Positions 10,311-19,753 of a stretch of DNA of 64,000 nt are shown piece after piece; positions within the stretch are counted from its first letter, which is position 1; every line of letters begins with the position of its first letter. The notes beneath the pieces were generated by a model. The model made no database searches and had not been told where the DNA came from. It saw only the letters and a list, made by a program, of their open reading frames with translations. The translations under genes and the position numbers were made by a program. This DNA is from Candidatus Poribacteria bacterium (GTDB taxonomy: Bacteria > Poribacteria > WGA-4E > WGA-3G): the NCBI GenBank assembly GCA_022394775.1, contig JAGFCB010000014.1, positions 7,715 to 71,714 on the forward strand, given 5' to 3'.

Positions 10311-11963
10311 ATGAAAAAATCCGTTGGAATGCTCCCTTTTTACGCTTTCACCCTGCTGGCTTTTGTTTTCTTAGCACTTAACTGCGCAAAAGTTACAAAC
10401 ACACCGACACGACAAGTATCCTCAAGTACAAAACACCTCGACCGACACATCAACGCTGTACTTAAAAAAGAAGGTATTCAACCCTCGGGTATATCAGTGG
10501 ATACAGAGTTTTTACGCCGTGTTCACCTCGATCTAACCGGAAAAATTCCGGCACCTGAACAAGTCTTAGATTTCCTCAAGGACGGCTCTCCGAGTAAACG
10601 CCAGAAAAAAATTGACCAATTGCTCGGAAGCCAAGCGTATGTTGACTATTGGACCGAATTGTGGGTGAACTGGTTAATCGGTAGGCGCGACGATAGCGAC
10701 GATCGGCGCGTCGGGTTGGCTTTTTGGGTACAGGATGCATTGACGAGAAATATGCCCTACAATCAGTTCGTTCAAGAACTTATCACAGCTGATGGTGAAC
10801 TGAAAGACAACGGTGCTGGAAACTATATTATGCGCTACGATAGGGCACCCGCCGTCCTCACTTCGCATAGTTCACGACTCTTTTTAGGGCTACCTATGCA
10901 GTGTGCCGAGTGCCACGATCATAAAACAGAAGCGTGGAGCCAAGAGGATTTCTACGGCATCGCCGCTTTCTTTGGTGGTATTGAGAGTGAACAAAAAGGA
11001 TATATTGAGACGATGGATATGGCGGGTAATGAGAAGCGAATGGACAATTATCTCATTACCAACGAACCACAGAAGGTTATCTGGGTGGAAAGACTCAAAG
11101 CGGAAATCCCACCACGCTTCCTTGGCAGCACAGAATACAAAGGTTCACTCATTAAGAAGCGTGAGGCACTTGCACAGTGGATGACTGATAAATCAAACCC
11201 CTATTTTAGCCGAGCAATTGTGAACCGCGTCTGGAAACACTTTATGGCACGCGCCTTTGTCGAACCTATTGATGGATTCGGCGAAGAGAATCTACCTACC
11301 AACCCAGAATTGTTAGACTGGCTCGCCGAAGATCTCATCATTCACGATTATGACTTACAGCACTTGATGCGGACAATCCTTAATTCCGAAACTTATCAGC
11401 GCACCTCACAAACGAATGAGAGTAACAAGGACGACGAAATTTATTACTCGCATGCGTATGTGAAACCCCTAAGTGCTGAACAGTTTTTCTATTCGCTGCT
11501 TCAGGCTACCGGTTTTGAAAGGTTTCAGCAGGTCAAAATGGAAGGCATGAAAAAGCAAGGAGGCGAGGATCGCAGAGGTATGCTACGGGCTCTCGAAGAC
11601 AGAAAACGGGAACATCTCAGGAAGTTTCTGTTTCTGCTTGATAACGGTGAAATGGAAGAAATCGAGGCTTTCAATGGAACTGTCCCACAAGCACTCATGA
11701 TGATTAATGGAGATATGGTGAACGACAGTGCAAGCCATGAAGAACACGGCAGTTTTGTCAATTACGTCTTGGAAAAATGGCGCGAACCCGCGGAACGCTT
11801 AGAGTTTATCTATCTTAACGTGCTTTCTCGGTTGCCAACCGCTAAAGAGAAAACCTATTTCCAACGCTACATGGAACGCAGCCTCTATCGCAACAAAGAC
11901 TTGGCTTACGAAGACCTTTATTGGGTCTTATTAAATTCAGCCGAATTTTCACTCAACCATTAA
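10311..11963 (+). CDS. DUF1549/DUF1553 (planctomycete-type PSCyt2/PSD1) protein with CxxCH
   Basis: FLRRVHLDLTG, NMPYNQFV, CAECHDH, VNRVW, NPELLDWLA, VPQALMMING, LLNSAEFSLNH. Lipoprotein-like signal (ALNC). Confidence 0.85.
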   Translation: MKKSVGMLPFYAFTLLAFVFLALNCAKVTNTPTRQVSSSTKHLDRHINAVLKKEGIQPSGISVDTEFLRRVHLDLTGKIPAPEQVLDFLKDGSPSKRQKKIDQLLGSQAYVDYWTELWVNWLIGRRDDSDDRRVGLAFWVQDALTRNMPYNQFVQELITADGELKDNGAGNYIMRYDRAPAVLTSHSSRLFLGLPMQCAECHDHKTEAWSQEDFYGIAAFFGGIESEQKGYIETMDMAGNEKRMDNYLITNEPQKVIWVERLKAEIPPRFLGSTEYKGSLIKKREALAQWMTDKSNPYFSRAIVNRVWKHFMARAFVEPIDGFGEENLPTNPELLDWLAEDLIIHDYDLQHLMRTILNSETYQRTSQTNESNKDDEIYYSHAYVKPLSAEQFFYSLLQATGFERFQQVKMEGMKKQGGEDRRGMLRALEDRKREHLRKFLFLLDNGEMEEIEAFNGTVPQALMMINGDMVNDSASHEEHGSFVNYVLEKWREPAERLEFIYLNVLSRLPTAKEKTYFQRYMERSLYRNKDLAYEDLYWVLLNSAEFSLNH

Positions 11964-12027
11964 ACCCCTTGAAAGTGTGCTTAGTGCTTACACACTAAGG
12001 ACGTACGGTTAAAAGGAGAATTTTATT

Positions 12028-12750
12028 ATGAACAGACGTAATCTGTTTATTGCTATCTGCAGTGTCACCCTCGGCATCGCAGCTCTTGCGATGTCGCAGA
12101 CCTATTTTGAAGATAATTTTGATGATCCAAAGGAATCTGAGAAGAAGTGGGTCGCCCTCTTTGGAGACTGGGAACTCAAAGGTGATGAATACCATCAACT
12201 CCAAAATTCACCCAACTGCATGAGTGTTGTTGCTGATGAATTCTGGGATGACAAATGGAATGATTATACTTTTGAGGTAAGAGGGAGTAAAATCAGTGGT
12301 GCTGAAGGCTTTTTAATTATGTTCCGATGCCAAGGCTTGATGCAAGCCCGCGGTCAAGCACTCGAAGACCATCCGCCACGTATGGAGAAACTTAAACCTT
12401 CACTGGAGTACTGGTGGAACCTCGGCGGTTGGGGCAACACGCGCTCACAGGTTGAATCGTGGGGTGGTAAAGGTGGTGCCAATAGCAATCACACCATTGA
12501 AGATGATGAGTGGTATAACATCAAGATTGTCAATGAACCGGGCAGCTACACGCTCTTCCTCAACGACGAAAAAGTCGCCAAGGTAGATGATAATACCGAA
12601 GACGGTGTCGGCAGAGTCGGTCTCGCAACTTGGAGCACTGTCGCAAAGTATGACGATGTCATCGTTTACGGACCCGATGGACCCTCGTTACCGGTTGATG
12701 CGAAAAGCAAGCTCGCAACAACTTGGGCATATCTCAAATCCACAAAATAG
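12028..12750 (+). CDS. Secreted concanavalin-A-like / DUF1080-like protein with KLAxxW tail
   Basis: Signal peptide, FEDNFDD, WYNIKI, GRVGL, YDDVIV. C-terminus PVDAKSKLATTWAYLKSTK. Confidence 0.7.
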   Translation: MNRRNLFIAICSVTLGIAALAMSQTYFEDNFDDPKESEKKWVALFGDWELKGDEYHQLQNSPNCMSVVADEFWDDKWNDYTFEVRGSKISGAEGFLIMFRCQGLMQARGQALEDHPPRMEKLKPSLEYWWNLGGWGNTRSQVESWGGKGGANSNHTIEDDEWYNIKIVNEPGSYTLFLNDEKVAKVDDNTEDGVGRVGLATWSTVAKYDDVIVYGPDGPSLPVDAKSKLATTWAYLKSTK

Positions 12751-12751
12751 A

Positions 12752-12807
12752 TAGGACTCTCGTATCTCCTCTTAAAGTCCCCCTGATAAGGGGGATTTAG
12801 GGGGTTA
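12752..12807 (+). mobile_element. Degenerate, truncated MITE family A copy
   Basis: A degenerate TIR (taggactctcgta) is followed by cctcttaaagtccccctgataagggggatttaggggg, near-identical to copies 1 and 3. No right TIR. Confidence 0.65.
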
Positions 12808-12817
12808 AAGATACCGA

Positions 12818-12846
12818 TAGCGCGAGTGACCGTTACCTCGCGCTAC
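12818..12846 (-). repeat. REP-like GTAG palindrome
   Basis: Minus strand GTAGcgcgag-gtaacggtca-ctcgcgcta, perfect 9-bp stem. Confidence 0.5.
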
Positions 12847-12850
12847 CTTT

Positions 12851-14035
12851 ATGCAAAAATTTCAAATGCAAAACTACTTTTTACCCCCACGTATTGAATT
12901 AGGCGACGGTGCCATCCAAAACTTAGGTGAACATGTCAAAACGTTTGAAGGCAAAAAACCGTTCTTGGTGAGCGATGCCGGTGTTATCAACGCCGGTATT
13001 CTTGCCAGAGCGATAGATGCTTTAGACACAAGTGGTTTACCCCATGCGATATATTCAGAGATCGAACCGAATCCCACAGATACCAGCATCACACACGGGG
13101 TTGAAGCTTATAAGTCTGAAGCGTGCGATGTCGTCATCGCTGTAGGTGGGGGCAGCGTTATGGATGCTGCCAAAGCCATCCGGCTTTTGACAACCCATGA
13201 GCCGCCCTTAGAGCCTTATTACGCGGATGTCGGTGGTGCTGAAAGGATTCGAGATGATATGCCGCCCTTAATCTGCGTCCCTACAACCGCAGGCACTGGC
13301 AGCGAAGTCTCACAAGGATCGATCATTACAGATACATCGTTCAACACGACCAACAGATGGCGGAAACGTGCGATCGTTACCCCGCTCAATATGTCGAATA
13401 TAGCACTCCTTGATCCGGGTATAACGGTCGGCATGCCGACCGCACTCACTGCTGCAACCGGTATGGATGCCATTACGCACGGGATTGAGGCGTATGTCGC
13501 AACGAAGTATCACCCTATTGCCGAAGGGGTCGCATTGCAGGCTCTCAGAATTTTGAGTGCGAACATCCAAAAAGTGTATCACAACGGGGAGGACGTGGCT
13601 GCGCGAGGAGAGATGCTACTCGGATCGTGTATGGCAGCGTTCGCGTTCCAGAAAGGACTCGGTGCTGTTCACTCGCTGGCGCATCAACTTTCCACGGACG
13701 CACCGATCCCACACGGCGTAGCAAACGCAATTTTGCTCCCACCTGTCATGGAATTTAACTTTTCCCATGCAACCGAGAAATACGCCGAAATCGCGCGCGC
13801 CTTGGGGATAGATACCAACGGGATGGATAGCAGTGAAGCAGGACGTGCCGCTATTGATAAAATTAGGGCGTTCAACACAGAATTAAATATGCCTGCCGGG
13901 CTTGGAGAGGCTGGCTTAGACCGAAAAAAGATTCCAAAACTCGGCGCAGATGCAATGCTTGATCACTGCCACAAATTCAACCCAAGAGCCTGCACGGAAG
14001 CAGATATGATAGCGTTATTTGAGGCGGCCTTTTAG
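12851..14035 (+). CDS. Iron-containing alcohol dehydrogenase
   Basis: GGGSVMDAAK, PTTAGTGSEVS, GMDAITHGIE, HSLAH, HGVAN. Confidence 0.92.
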   Translation: MQKFQMQNYFLPPRIELGDGAIQNLGEHVKTFEGKKPFLVSDAGVINAGILARAIDALDTSGLPHAIYSEIEPNPTDTSITHGVEAYKSEACDVVIAVGGGSVMDAAKAIRLLTTHEPPLEPYYADVGGAERIRDDMPPLICVPTTAGTGSEVSQGSIITDTSFNTTNRWRKRAIVTPLNMSNIALLDPGITVGMPTALTAATGMDAITHGIEAYVATKYHPIAEGVALQALRILSANIQKVYHNGEDVAARGEMLLGSCMAAFAFQKGLGAVHSLAHQLSTDAPIPHGVANAILLPPVMEFNFSHATEKYAEIARALGIDTNGMDSSEAGRAAIDKIRAFNTELNMPAGLGEAGLDRKKIPKLGADAMLDHCHKFNPRACTEADMIALFEAAF

Positions 14036-14105
14036 TGTTGCTTGCGAACTAAAACTTGCTATTCAAAAGAGTGTTGCTTGCGAACTAAAACTTGCTATTC
14101 AAAAG
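14034..14105. repeat. Exact 36-bp tandem duplication
   Basis: agtgttgcttgcgaactaaaacttgctattcaaaag twice (14034-14069, 14070-14105), between convergent genes. Confidence 0.9.
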
Positions 14106-16422
14106 CAGGAAGATCAACCGGTGCAATCCACGCCTGCGTCAACGCTGGTTTATACGCATTATCGCGCAGATAGTCTGATGTCTGCCACAAACAGAGATGT
14201 TTACCATCTGGCATCCAGACAACAGATGTCAGTTTCATAGCAGTGCGGGCGATAGGCACCTTCTTACCGCTTTCAAGGTCATAAACCCAGACTTTCCAAC
14301 GAATCCCTTGACAATCCTCGCGTTCCAAATACGCTAACTGTCTCCCTGTCGGTGACCAAGCAGGCGACGTGTGTTTCAATATCTGGCTCTGCGTCAGTGT
14401 AGGCGTTGACTCCGATATATGCAACTGCTTATCCATCCGCTGACCTGGACGATTACTACCGGATAAAACGTAAGCCAGTTGTGTGCTATCTGCTGACCAA
14501 TTCAACTGCTGAACCTTTTGATGTTGGGTTTGGATCTCCTTTATGCGTTCACCCTCTATATTTTGGATGCGGACACCGACATATTTCGAGTTATTCACAC
14601 CAAAAGCGACGCGGGTGCCATCAGGTGCCCAAGTTGGGGCAGGGAGATAGGTGTAATTGCGTTGTCGGCGTTCAATCGGCACACGCGCGATTGCACTTAA
14701 ATCGCTGCCATCGCTATTAATACGGTAGATAACATCCATCCCCCCAGCTTGAGAGGCGTCGTATCTTCTAAATACCAAGCGATTTGACGTAGGCGACCAA
14801 GCAGGTCCCTCGCCGAGAACCAACTGTTTAACGCGTCCGAATTGCCAATCCACTGTATAGATATACCGTTCGCCGCCTTCATCAACCTCAAATGCCAAAA
14901 GTCTGCTATCCAGCGACCAAGAGATATGCGGATTGTAAAACTGTCCAGTGTAAAGCCTGCGTGCTTGTTGCCCTTCCCGATCCATAATCCACAGTTCATC
15001 CGCACGCCAGTACCGACTCCTTAAGTCATTCCTTTTTAGAAATGCGATCAGTTTGCCGTCAGGACTCCAGCGCGGGAATTCCGCACCTTCAAGCAATTGC
15101 ATCCTACGTGGCAGGGCAGTCGAGAGACCATGTCCACCACTAAAAGTCGTGTTGAACATGACACCGTCAGTATCTTCAAATTCCCCAAGAGCGAACTTGT
15201 CCATCCATCCCCGGACACCGTTCGGGAGTTCAACCTCATACCCGTCGAATGCCATACGCGCATTTGGCGTTGATTCGTCCGAAGCTTGCACGATCGGCAA
15301 ACGTACCCCGTCGTTGAGGTTTAACAACACAGATGTGCCTTCTTTATTTGCGTAAACCGGTGCAGCATCATGCACCACAATTCCCGTTTGCCGCGAGTCT
15401 GACGCACCCTCCGTACTGCCGGAGCTTGTAACCTCGCCTGCATTTGTGAACGCATAGACCCTGCCGTCACCCGATGCAGCGTAAAGGATACCATCAGAAA
15501 TCGCTGGTGCGGCTTCCACAAAACCACCGAGTTGATGCGCCCAAGTCTGTGTTTTTGATGAAGCGTCAAACGCGTGCAGATGTCCATCGCGCGCCCCAAT
15601 ATAGACGCTGCCATTTGCGATGACAGGATAACTCTCACTTCCTGCTGTCTGAGCCCTCCACATCTTCGCATTGTGTTCTGGGAAAACGGGACGGAATACA
15701 CCTTTCGCACATCCGTATTCGACCCCATTAATATGAATTGTCCGCTCGCGCACCGATTCAACTGTCCCTGTCCTCGCGTTCAACACGTAGATTTTTGAAG
15801 GGAACACGCCAATATAAACTTTGTTATCCGCAACGACCGGTGGCGCGTCCATCCAATTTTTTGATTTGAACTCCCAGAGTTTCTCACCTGTTTTTGTATC
15901 TAAGGCATAGACCTTGTTATTCCGGGCATTGAAATAGACCCGATCTCCAAGCACAGCAGCAGAATAGCGAATAGCATCTCCCGCATCAAAAACCCATTTA
16001 ATCCCCCACTGCTTGGCATCGAGGGCGTACAATTTGCCATCAGTTGAACCAATATATAGAATGCCATTCGCGATGACAGGGGAGGCGTAGAGCGGTCCAC
16101 CCGTTTTGAATTTCCACAGCAATGCCAACGGTGGCGCGAGGCTTTGATCAGGGCTCATTCCCGAAAAGCCTAAATCGTACATGAAGATGTGCCAATCTTC
16201 AGCACGCGGCGGTGTGACGGATTCCATCACTCCGGAGGGGACGGGCTGCTGACCGCCTGACCGCTGTGCTTGTTGTTTCTGTTGTGAGTCACATCCCCAC
16301 ACAAGCAGTACCATGAATAGGATTATCAACTTTTTAGCGCAGCTCGCGGGTTTCCAAAATTTATTGTACAAGTGTCTGTTCCAGAGATACACATTAACCC
16401 TTTCGTTCAGTGCCTCGATCAA
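14095..16422 (-). CDS. Lipoprotein: PQQ-like (BamB-type) beta-propeller + SH3-like domain + TolB/PD40 propeller
   Basis: Lipobox VWGC. Repeated YIGSTDGKLYALDA/WEFK units, then YEVELPNGVRGW, then WSPDG/WAPDG repeats. Start uncertain. Confidence 0.75.
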   Translation of the reverse strand: MIEALNERVNVYLWNRHLYNKFWKPASCAKKLIILFMVLLVWGCDSQQKQQAQRSGGQQPVPSGVMESVTPPRAEDWHIFMYDLGFSGMSPDQSLAPPLALLWKFKTGGPLYASPVIANGILYIGSTDGKLYALDAKQWGIKWVFDAGDAIRYSAAVLGDRVYFNARNNKVYALDTKTGEKLWEFKSKNWMDAPPVVADNKVYIGVFPSKIYVLNARTGTVESVRERTIHINGVEYGCAKGVFRPVFPEHNAKMWRAQTAGSESYPVIANGSVYIGARDGHLHAFDASSKTQTWAHQLGGFVEAAPAISDGILYAASGDGRVYAFTNAGEVTSSGSTEGASDSRQTGIVVHDAAPVYANKEGTSVLLNLNDGVRLPIVQASDESTPNARMAFDGYEVELPNGVRGWMDKFALGEFEDTDGVMFNTTFSGGHGLSTALPRRMQLLEGAEFPRWSPDGKLIAFLKRNDLRSRYWRADELWIMDREGQQARRLYTGQFYNPHISWSLDSRLLAFEVDEGGERYIYTVDWQFGRVKQLVLGEGPAWSPTSNRLVFRRYDASQAGGMDVIYRINSDGSDLSAIARVPIERRQRNYTYLPAPTWAPDGTRVAFGVNNSKYVGVRIQNIEGERIKEIQTQHQKVQQLNWSADSTQLAYVLSGSNRPGQRMDKQLHISESTPTLTQSQILKHTSPAWSPTGRQLAYLEREDCQGIRWKVWVYDLESGKKVPIARTAMKLTSVVWMPDGKHLCLWQTSDYLRDNAYKPALTQAWIAPVDLPAFE

Positions 16423-16676
16423 GAGGTTAAGGTTATGGGTGAACCGTAGTTTTTTAAGGTTACTAAAACATCTTATTGTCTATTAGATTATCATATTATT
16501 CAATAGCATGCAACTGAAATACTTAGAGCATCAGTTGATAATGATCTTCCTGAAATGTTACACCTTCGTGTTTTTTGAAGAAACTAAAGTGAAAGACAAC
16601 AAATACAATAGTATTGATCAGGACGACACTGATTTTACAATGGCAACTTTCGGAAACCCGCAAGAATTAGAAAAAT

Positions 16677-16705
16677 TTGAATTTGTGGCAAATCTGTGTT
16701 AAAAT
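16677..16705 (+). promoter_or_regulatory. Sigma70-type promoter for glyA
   Basis: TTGAAT-17 bp-TAAAAT, with TG extended -10. Confidence 0.5.
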
Positions 16706-16760
16706 TTATCTTCTAAACCTTTACAATACAACACTAATTTAATCGCAAGCGGTACACAAA

Positions 16761-18014
16761 ATGAACAAATTATTAGGTGAAGTTGACCCACAAATCGTTG
16801 AAATCGCCGCCAAAGACCTAACACGCCAGCAAGATTCCCTCATGTTAATCCCGTCGGAAAACTACGCCAGCCGTGCCGTTATGGAGGCTCAAAGCAGCAT
16901 TCTCGCCAATAAGTACGCCGAAGGCTACCCCGGCGAACGCTACTATAACGGATGTCAGTTTATGGACGATGTCGAATCACTCGCAATCGAACGCGCGAAG
17001 GCACTCTTCGGCGTTGAACACGTTAACGTCCAACCGCACGCGGGCAGCCAAGCGAACATGGCAGTTTACCATGCCTTGCTTGAACCGGGTGATACGGTTC
17101 TCGGTATGTCTCTCAGTCAAGGTGGACATCTTACGCACGGTGCTGGTGTCAACTTTTCAGGAAACCTTTACAATATTGCTGCTTATGGTGTAGATGCTGA
17201 AACTGAGCGGATCGACATGGAAGAGATCGCACGTCTCGCAGAAGAGCATCGTCCCAAACTTATTGTTGTCGGTGCCACAGCCTATCCTCGGCATTTTGAC
17301 TTTGCCGCGTGGCGGCAGGTTGCTGATGCCGTAGGTGCTTATCTTCTCGCTGATATAGCCCATATTGCAGGGCTTATCGCAGGCGGTGTTCATCCAGACC
17401 CTGTTCCCTATGCCGATGTAATTACGACGACAACACATAAAACTTTACGGGGTCCCCGCGGGGCAATGATTATGTGTAGAGCCGAGTACGCAGACAAAAT
17501 TGATCGCGCCGTGTTCCCTGGCTTACAAGGCGGACCTTTCCTGCATACAATCGCCGCGAGGGCTGTCGCATTCAAAGAGGCGAGCGAACCCGACTTTAAA
17601 GTATATCAAGCGCAGATTGTTAAAAATGCAAAGGCACTTGCTGAGAGGCTCATCGAAAATGGGTTCCGATTGGTGAGCGGCGGAACGGACAATCACCTCA
17701 TGCTGATAGATCTCACCTCAAAGTACGAAAAACTCAGTGGACGACAAGCTGCCGATCACTTAGAAGATGCTGGAATTATCGTCAATAAAAACACAATCCC
17801 TTTCGACAAAAGGAAACCGAAAACAACGAGCGGTTTGCGGCTCGGCACACCGATGATTACCACACGCGGCATGAAAGAAGATGACATGGTTCAGGTTGCC
17901 GACTTTATCACAGAGACGCTTGAAAACAGGCAAAAAACCGCCATCAAACGCCAGCTTCGGGAGAAAGTCAGGGAACTCTGCACACAATTCCCGATTTACG
18001 AATATTTAGAATAG
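16761..18014 (+). CDS. glyA: Serine hydroxymethyltransferase
   Basis: [23 protein letters not shown]-lysine motif [12 protein letters not shown]. Confidence 0.97.
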   Translation: MNKLLGEVDPQIVEIAAKDLTRQQDSLMLIPSENYASRAVMEAQSSILANKYAEGYPGERYYNGCQFMDDVESLAIERAKALFGVEHVNVQPHAGSQANMAVYHALLEPGDTVLGMSLSQGGHLTHGAGVNFSGNLYNIAAYGVDAETERIDMEEIARLAEEHRPKLIVVGATAYPRHFDFAAWRQVADAVGAYLLADIAHIAGLIAGGVHPDPVPYADVITTTTHKTLRGPRGAMIMCRAEYADKIDRAVFPGLQGGPFLHTIAARAVAFKEASEPDFKVYQAQIVKNAKALAERLIENGFRLVSGGTDNHLMLIDLTSKYEKLSGRQAADHLEDAGIIVNKNTIPFDKRKPKTTSGLRLGTPMITTRGMKEDDMVQVADFITETLENRQKTAIKRQLREKVRELCTQFPIYEYLE

Positions 18015-18018
18015 TTGT

Positions 18019-18163
18019 TGGTTATTAGTTGTCAGTTATCAGTTAAGAGGTTTCTGATTCATTAACAAAAACTTAGGAACCGTCGGTATTTCAATTGGAT
18101 AACAACCTTTACAAGAAGATTTTGGGGCATCGAAAACCAGACTAATAACTGAAAACTGAAAAC
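18019..18163. repeat. Inverted heptamer-repeat arms between glyA and folC
   Basis: Left arm gttatta-gttgtca-gttatca-gtt is complementary to right arm actaata-actgaaa-actgaaa-act. Confidence 0.55.
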
Positions 18164-18164
18164 T

Positions 18165-19583
18165 ATGGACTATGAAGCGGCACTTGCTTATATTGAAGCG
18201 TTTATCGATTACGAAAGAAGTCCTGATTTTTCACGACAGGCACGGCTCTATAATCTCAACCGCATCTCTCTCTTGCTAAAACTACTCGGTAATCCACACC
18301 ATAGATTACGGGTTATCCATGTCGCCGGAAGCAAAGGGAAAGGTTCTACTGCCGCACTCATCGCATCTGTACTGACACACGCAGGCTATAAGACCGGTTT
18401 GTTTACATCGCCACATCTCATTACGCCGCGAGAACGTTGTCGTATTGATAATGCGTTGATTTCAGAGGCTGAGATCGCTCACTATGTTGATAAGATCAAA
18501 CCCGCAATCGAAACCGCTTCTGCTGCCGAATTCGGGCGTGTCTCGTTTTTTGAGATATACACTGCACTCGCTTTTTCCTATTTCGCCGACAAAGCGACTG
18601 ACTTTGCTGTGATTGAAGTCGGCTTAGGGGGTAGACTCGACGCGACGAATGTTGTTAAACCTGTTACGACTGTTATCACGCCGATCAGTTTAGAACACAC
18701 GGCGATATTAGGGGAAACTTATACTCAGATAGCTGGCGAGAAAGCAGAAATCATTAAAGAAGGGTGTCCGCTCGCACTCGCACCACAGCATCCGGAAGCG
18801 CGAACTGTGTTTCAAAGGATCGCTAAAGAGCGGAACGCACGGGTCGTCGAAGTTAAACCCCATAGGACGGTTGGTAAACCAATTCGTGGAGACGTAGCAC
18901 CGGATTATCAGGCATCTGTCTCTCGTCTCCTCCTGAATACCGATGGTGTACCTGTGGCACAACAATTTAACGTGGAAATGGATGCCGAAAGTTATCCGCA
19001 ACTTACTATGCCGCTTCTCGGACACCACCAATTTGTAAATGCTTTGACGGCTATCGCAGCGATTGAATGCCTGAAACAGGCTGGATACAGTGTTCCGAAA
19101 ACCCGCGTTTACGAGGGATTCAAGAATGTGCAATGGCGCGGACGCATCCAGCGGATTATGTCTTCGCCACTCGTTGTACTCGATGGCGCGCACGCTCCTG
19201 TTTCAATGCAGGCTTTATGCCAAACACTTCGTGAAAGTTTTTGTTACGATAAGGCAATTTTTGTCGTTAGTTTAATGAAGGATAAAAATCTCACAGAAAT
19301 CGGAAACATTGTCGCTAACACCGCTGACATTGTGATTGCTACGGAAGTTTCGGATAACCCGCGTGTCATGTCTGCTGAGACAATACGGAATACATGGTCT
19401 GGTGTATGTAAGGAAATTACAGCGTTTCCAAACCCAGAAAAAGCAATCGGACAAGCATTAGCGTCCGCATCGTTGACAGATCTAATCTGCATCACAGGTT
19501 CGCTCTATCTCGTTGGTCAAGCACTTGAAATATTTGAATCAAAATTTTCAGCGAAAGATTCCGTTGGAATTCCTATTTCTTAA
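18165..19583 (+). CDS. folC: Folylpolyglutamate synthase / dihydrofolate synthase
   Basis: HVAGSKGKGST, FTSPHL, EVGLGGRLDATN, LDGAH, TGSLYLVG. Confidence 0.95.
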   Translation: MDYEAALAYIEAFIDYERSPDFSRQARLYNLNRISLLLKLLGNPHHRLRVIHVAGSKGKGSTAALIASVLTHAGYKTGLFTSPHLITPRERCRIDNALISEAEIAHYVDKIKPAIETASAAEFGRVSFFEIYTALAFSYFADKATDFAVIEVGLGGRLDATNVVKPVTTVITPISLEHTAILGETYTQIAGEKAEIIKEGCPLALAPQHPEARTVFQRIAKERNARVVEVKPHRTVGKPIRGDVAPDYQASVSRLLLNTDGVPVAQQFNVEMDAESYPQLTMPLLGHHQFVNALTAIAAIECLKQAGYSVPKTRVYEGFKNVQWRGRIQRIMSSPLVVLDGAHAPVSMQALCQTLRESFCYDKAIFVVSLMKDKNLTEIGNIVANTADIVIATEVSDNPRVMSAETIRNTWSGVCKEITAFPNPEKAIGQALASASLTDLICITGSLYLVGQALEIFESKFSAKDSVGIPIS

Positions 19584-19599
19584 CGAAAGATCGCAAACT

Positions 19600-19737
19600 C
19601 GTAATGAAGCAGATCGCTTATGGGCGAGTACGCCGCAAAATGGAGAGCGGTTCTACGGAAAGGAACCTCAAGGTTCAAACCCACTTCATCGAACCGCAAG
19701 GAAAATTAAAAAAACGAACCGCAAGGAAATTAAAAAA
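19600..19737 (+). repeat. AACCGCAAGG leader element, copy before hppA
   Basis: cgtaatg..aatggagagcggttctacggaaagg-hairpin-aaccc..cgaaccgcaaggaaaattaaaaaa, with the 3' module duplicated. Aligns with 38659-38742. Confidence 0.7.
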
Positions 19738-19753
19738 CAAAGAGAGGTTTTAA

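Noticed and set aside
14034..14105. 36-bp repeat as a mini CRISPR array
   Set aside because: The two copies are directly adjacent with no spacer, and there are no cas genes in the window.
16508..16702. 64-aa ORF upstream of glyA
   Set aside because: Lies in an AT-rich divergent promoter region, overlaps the predicted glyA promoter, and has no RBS or recognisable motif.
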